64,000 nt of DNA from Mobula hypostoma (lineage: Eukaryota), in assembly GCF_963921235.1 (NCBI RefSeq), contig NC_086097.1:59336001-59400000 (forward strand). The letters run 5' to 3'. Shown piece by piece: positions 63,762 to 64,000 of the stretch (position 1 is its first letter; every line of letters begins with the position of its first letter). Made by a program: the position numbers and the translations under genes. The notes under the pieces are model-generated. The model was not told the origin of the DNA, did not search any database, and was given only the letters and a program-made list of their open reading frames with translations.

Positions 63762-64000
63762 GAAGATGATGGTGCCTAATTGTGACTCCTTTGCTTACAT
63801 CTTCAGAAACAGCTCTATTTCAATCTTTAATATCTCTTTTCTTCTCTTTCAAGGTTCTTTTGAAGACCCTGACCTGGAGTTACATGCTGACTTCAGTTCT
63901 TTGCGGAAATGGGACCCGCACTCAGGGCCTCACGACCGGCTGCTTTTTGATATGCCAAGGATGTGGCCTGGAAGACAAGCATGCCTTCAGGGTCCTGGAT
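63762..64000 (+). mobile_element. 5' end of the ORF-less family seen at 640-1447 (runs off the window)
   Basis: GTTCTTTTGAAGACCCTGACCTGGAGTTACA..GACTTCAGTTCTTTGC is shared with the minus strand of 1280-1332. Confidence 0.75.

Overview
This is eukaryotic, vertebrate DNA. The CR1, Rex1 and Penelope repertoire plus HE1-type V-SINE and DeuSINE point to a cartilaginous fish, probably a ray (inference). Most of the window is transposable-element DNA, and no host gene could be identified with confidence; there are only a few weak candidate exons. It contains about 12 CR1 LINE copies or fragments (one essentially full length with ORF1 zinc-finger/esterase), about 8 Rex1/Babar-type LINE pieces, and one full-length Tf1/sushi chromovirus LTR retrotransposon. 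It also holds one IR/DR Tc1 transposon, hAT and Harbinger non-autonomous elements, SINEs, and Penelope-like element (PLE) insertions carrying minimal hammerhead ribozymes. The most notable observations are: (1) fold-back PLE insertions with intact hammerhead cores and 14-bp TSDs, two of which sit inside older PLE copies; (2) an inverted, templated ~1.6-kb insertion that made a mosaic Rex element; (3) a self-priming-type PBS in the chromovirus; (4) a five-level nest of elements; (5) an ORF-less LINE-tailed family. Boundaries were read by eye and are approximate unless a TSD or TIR is quoted.
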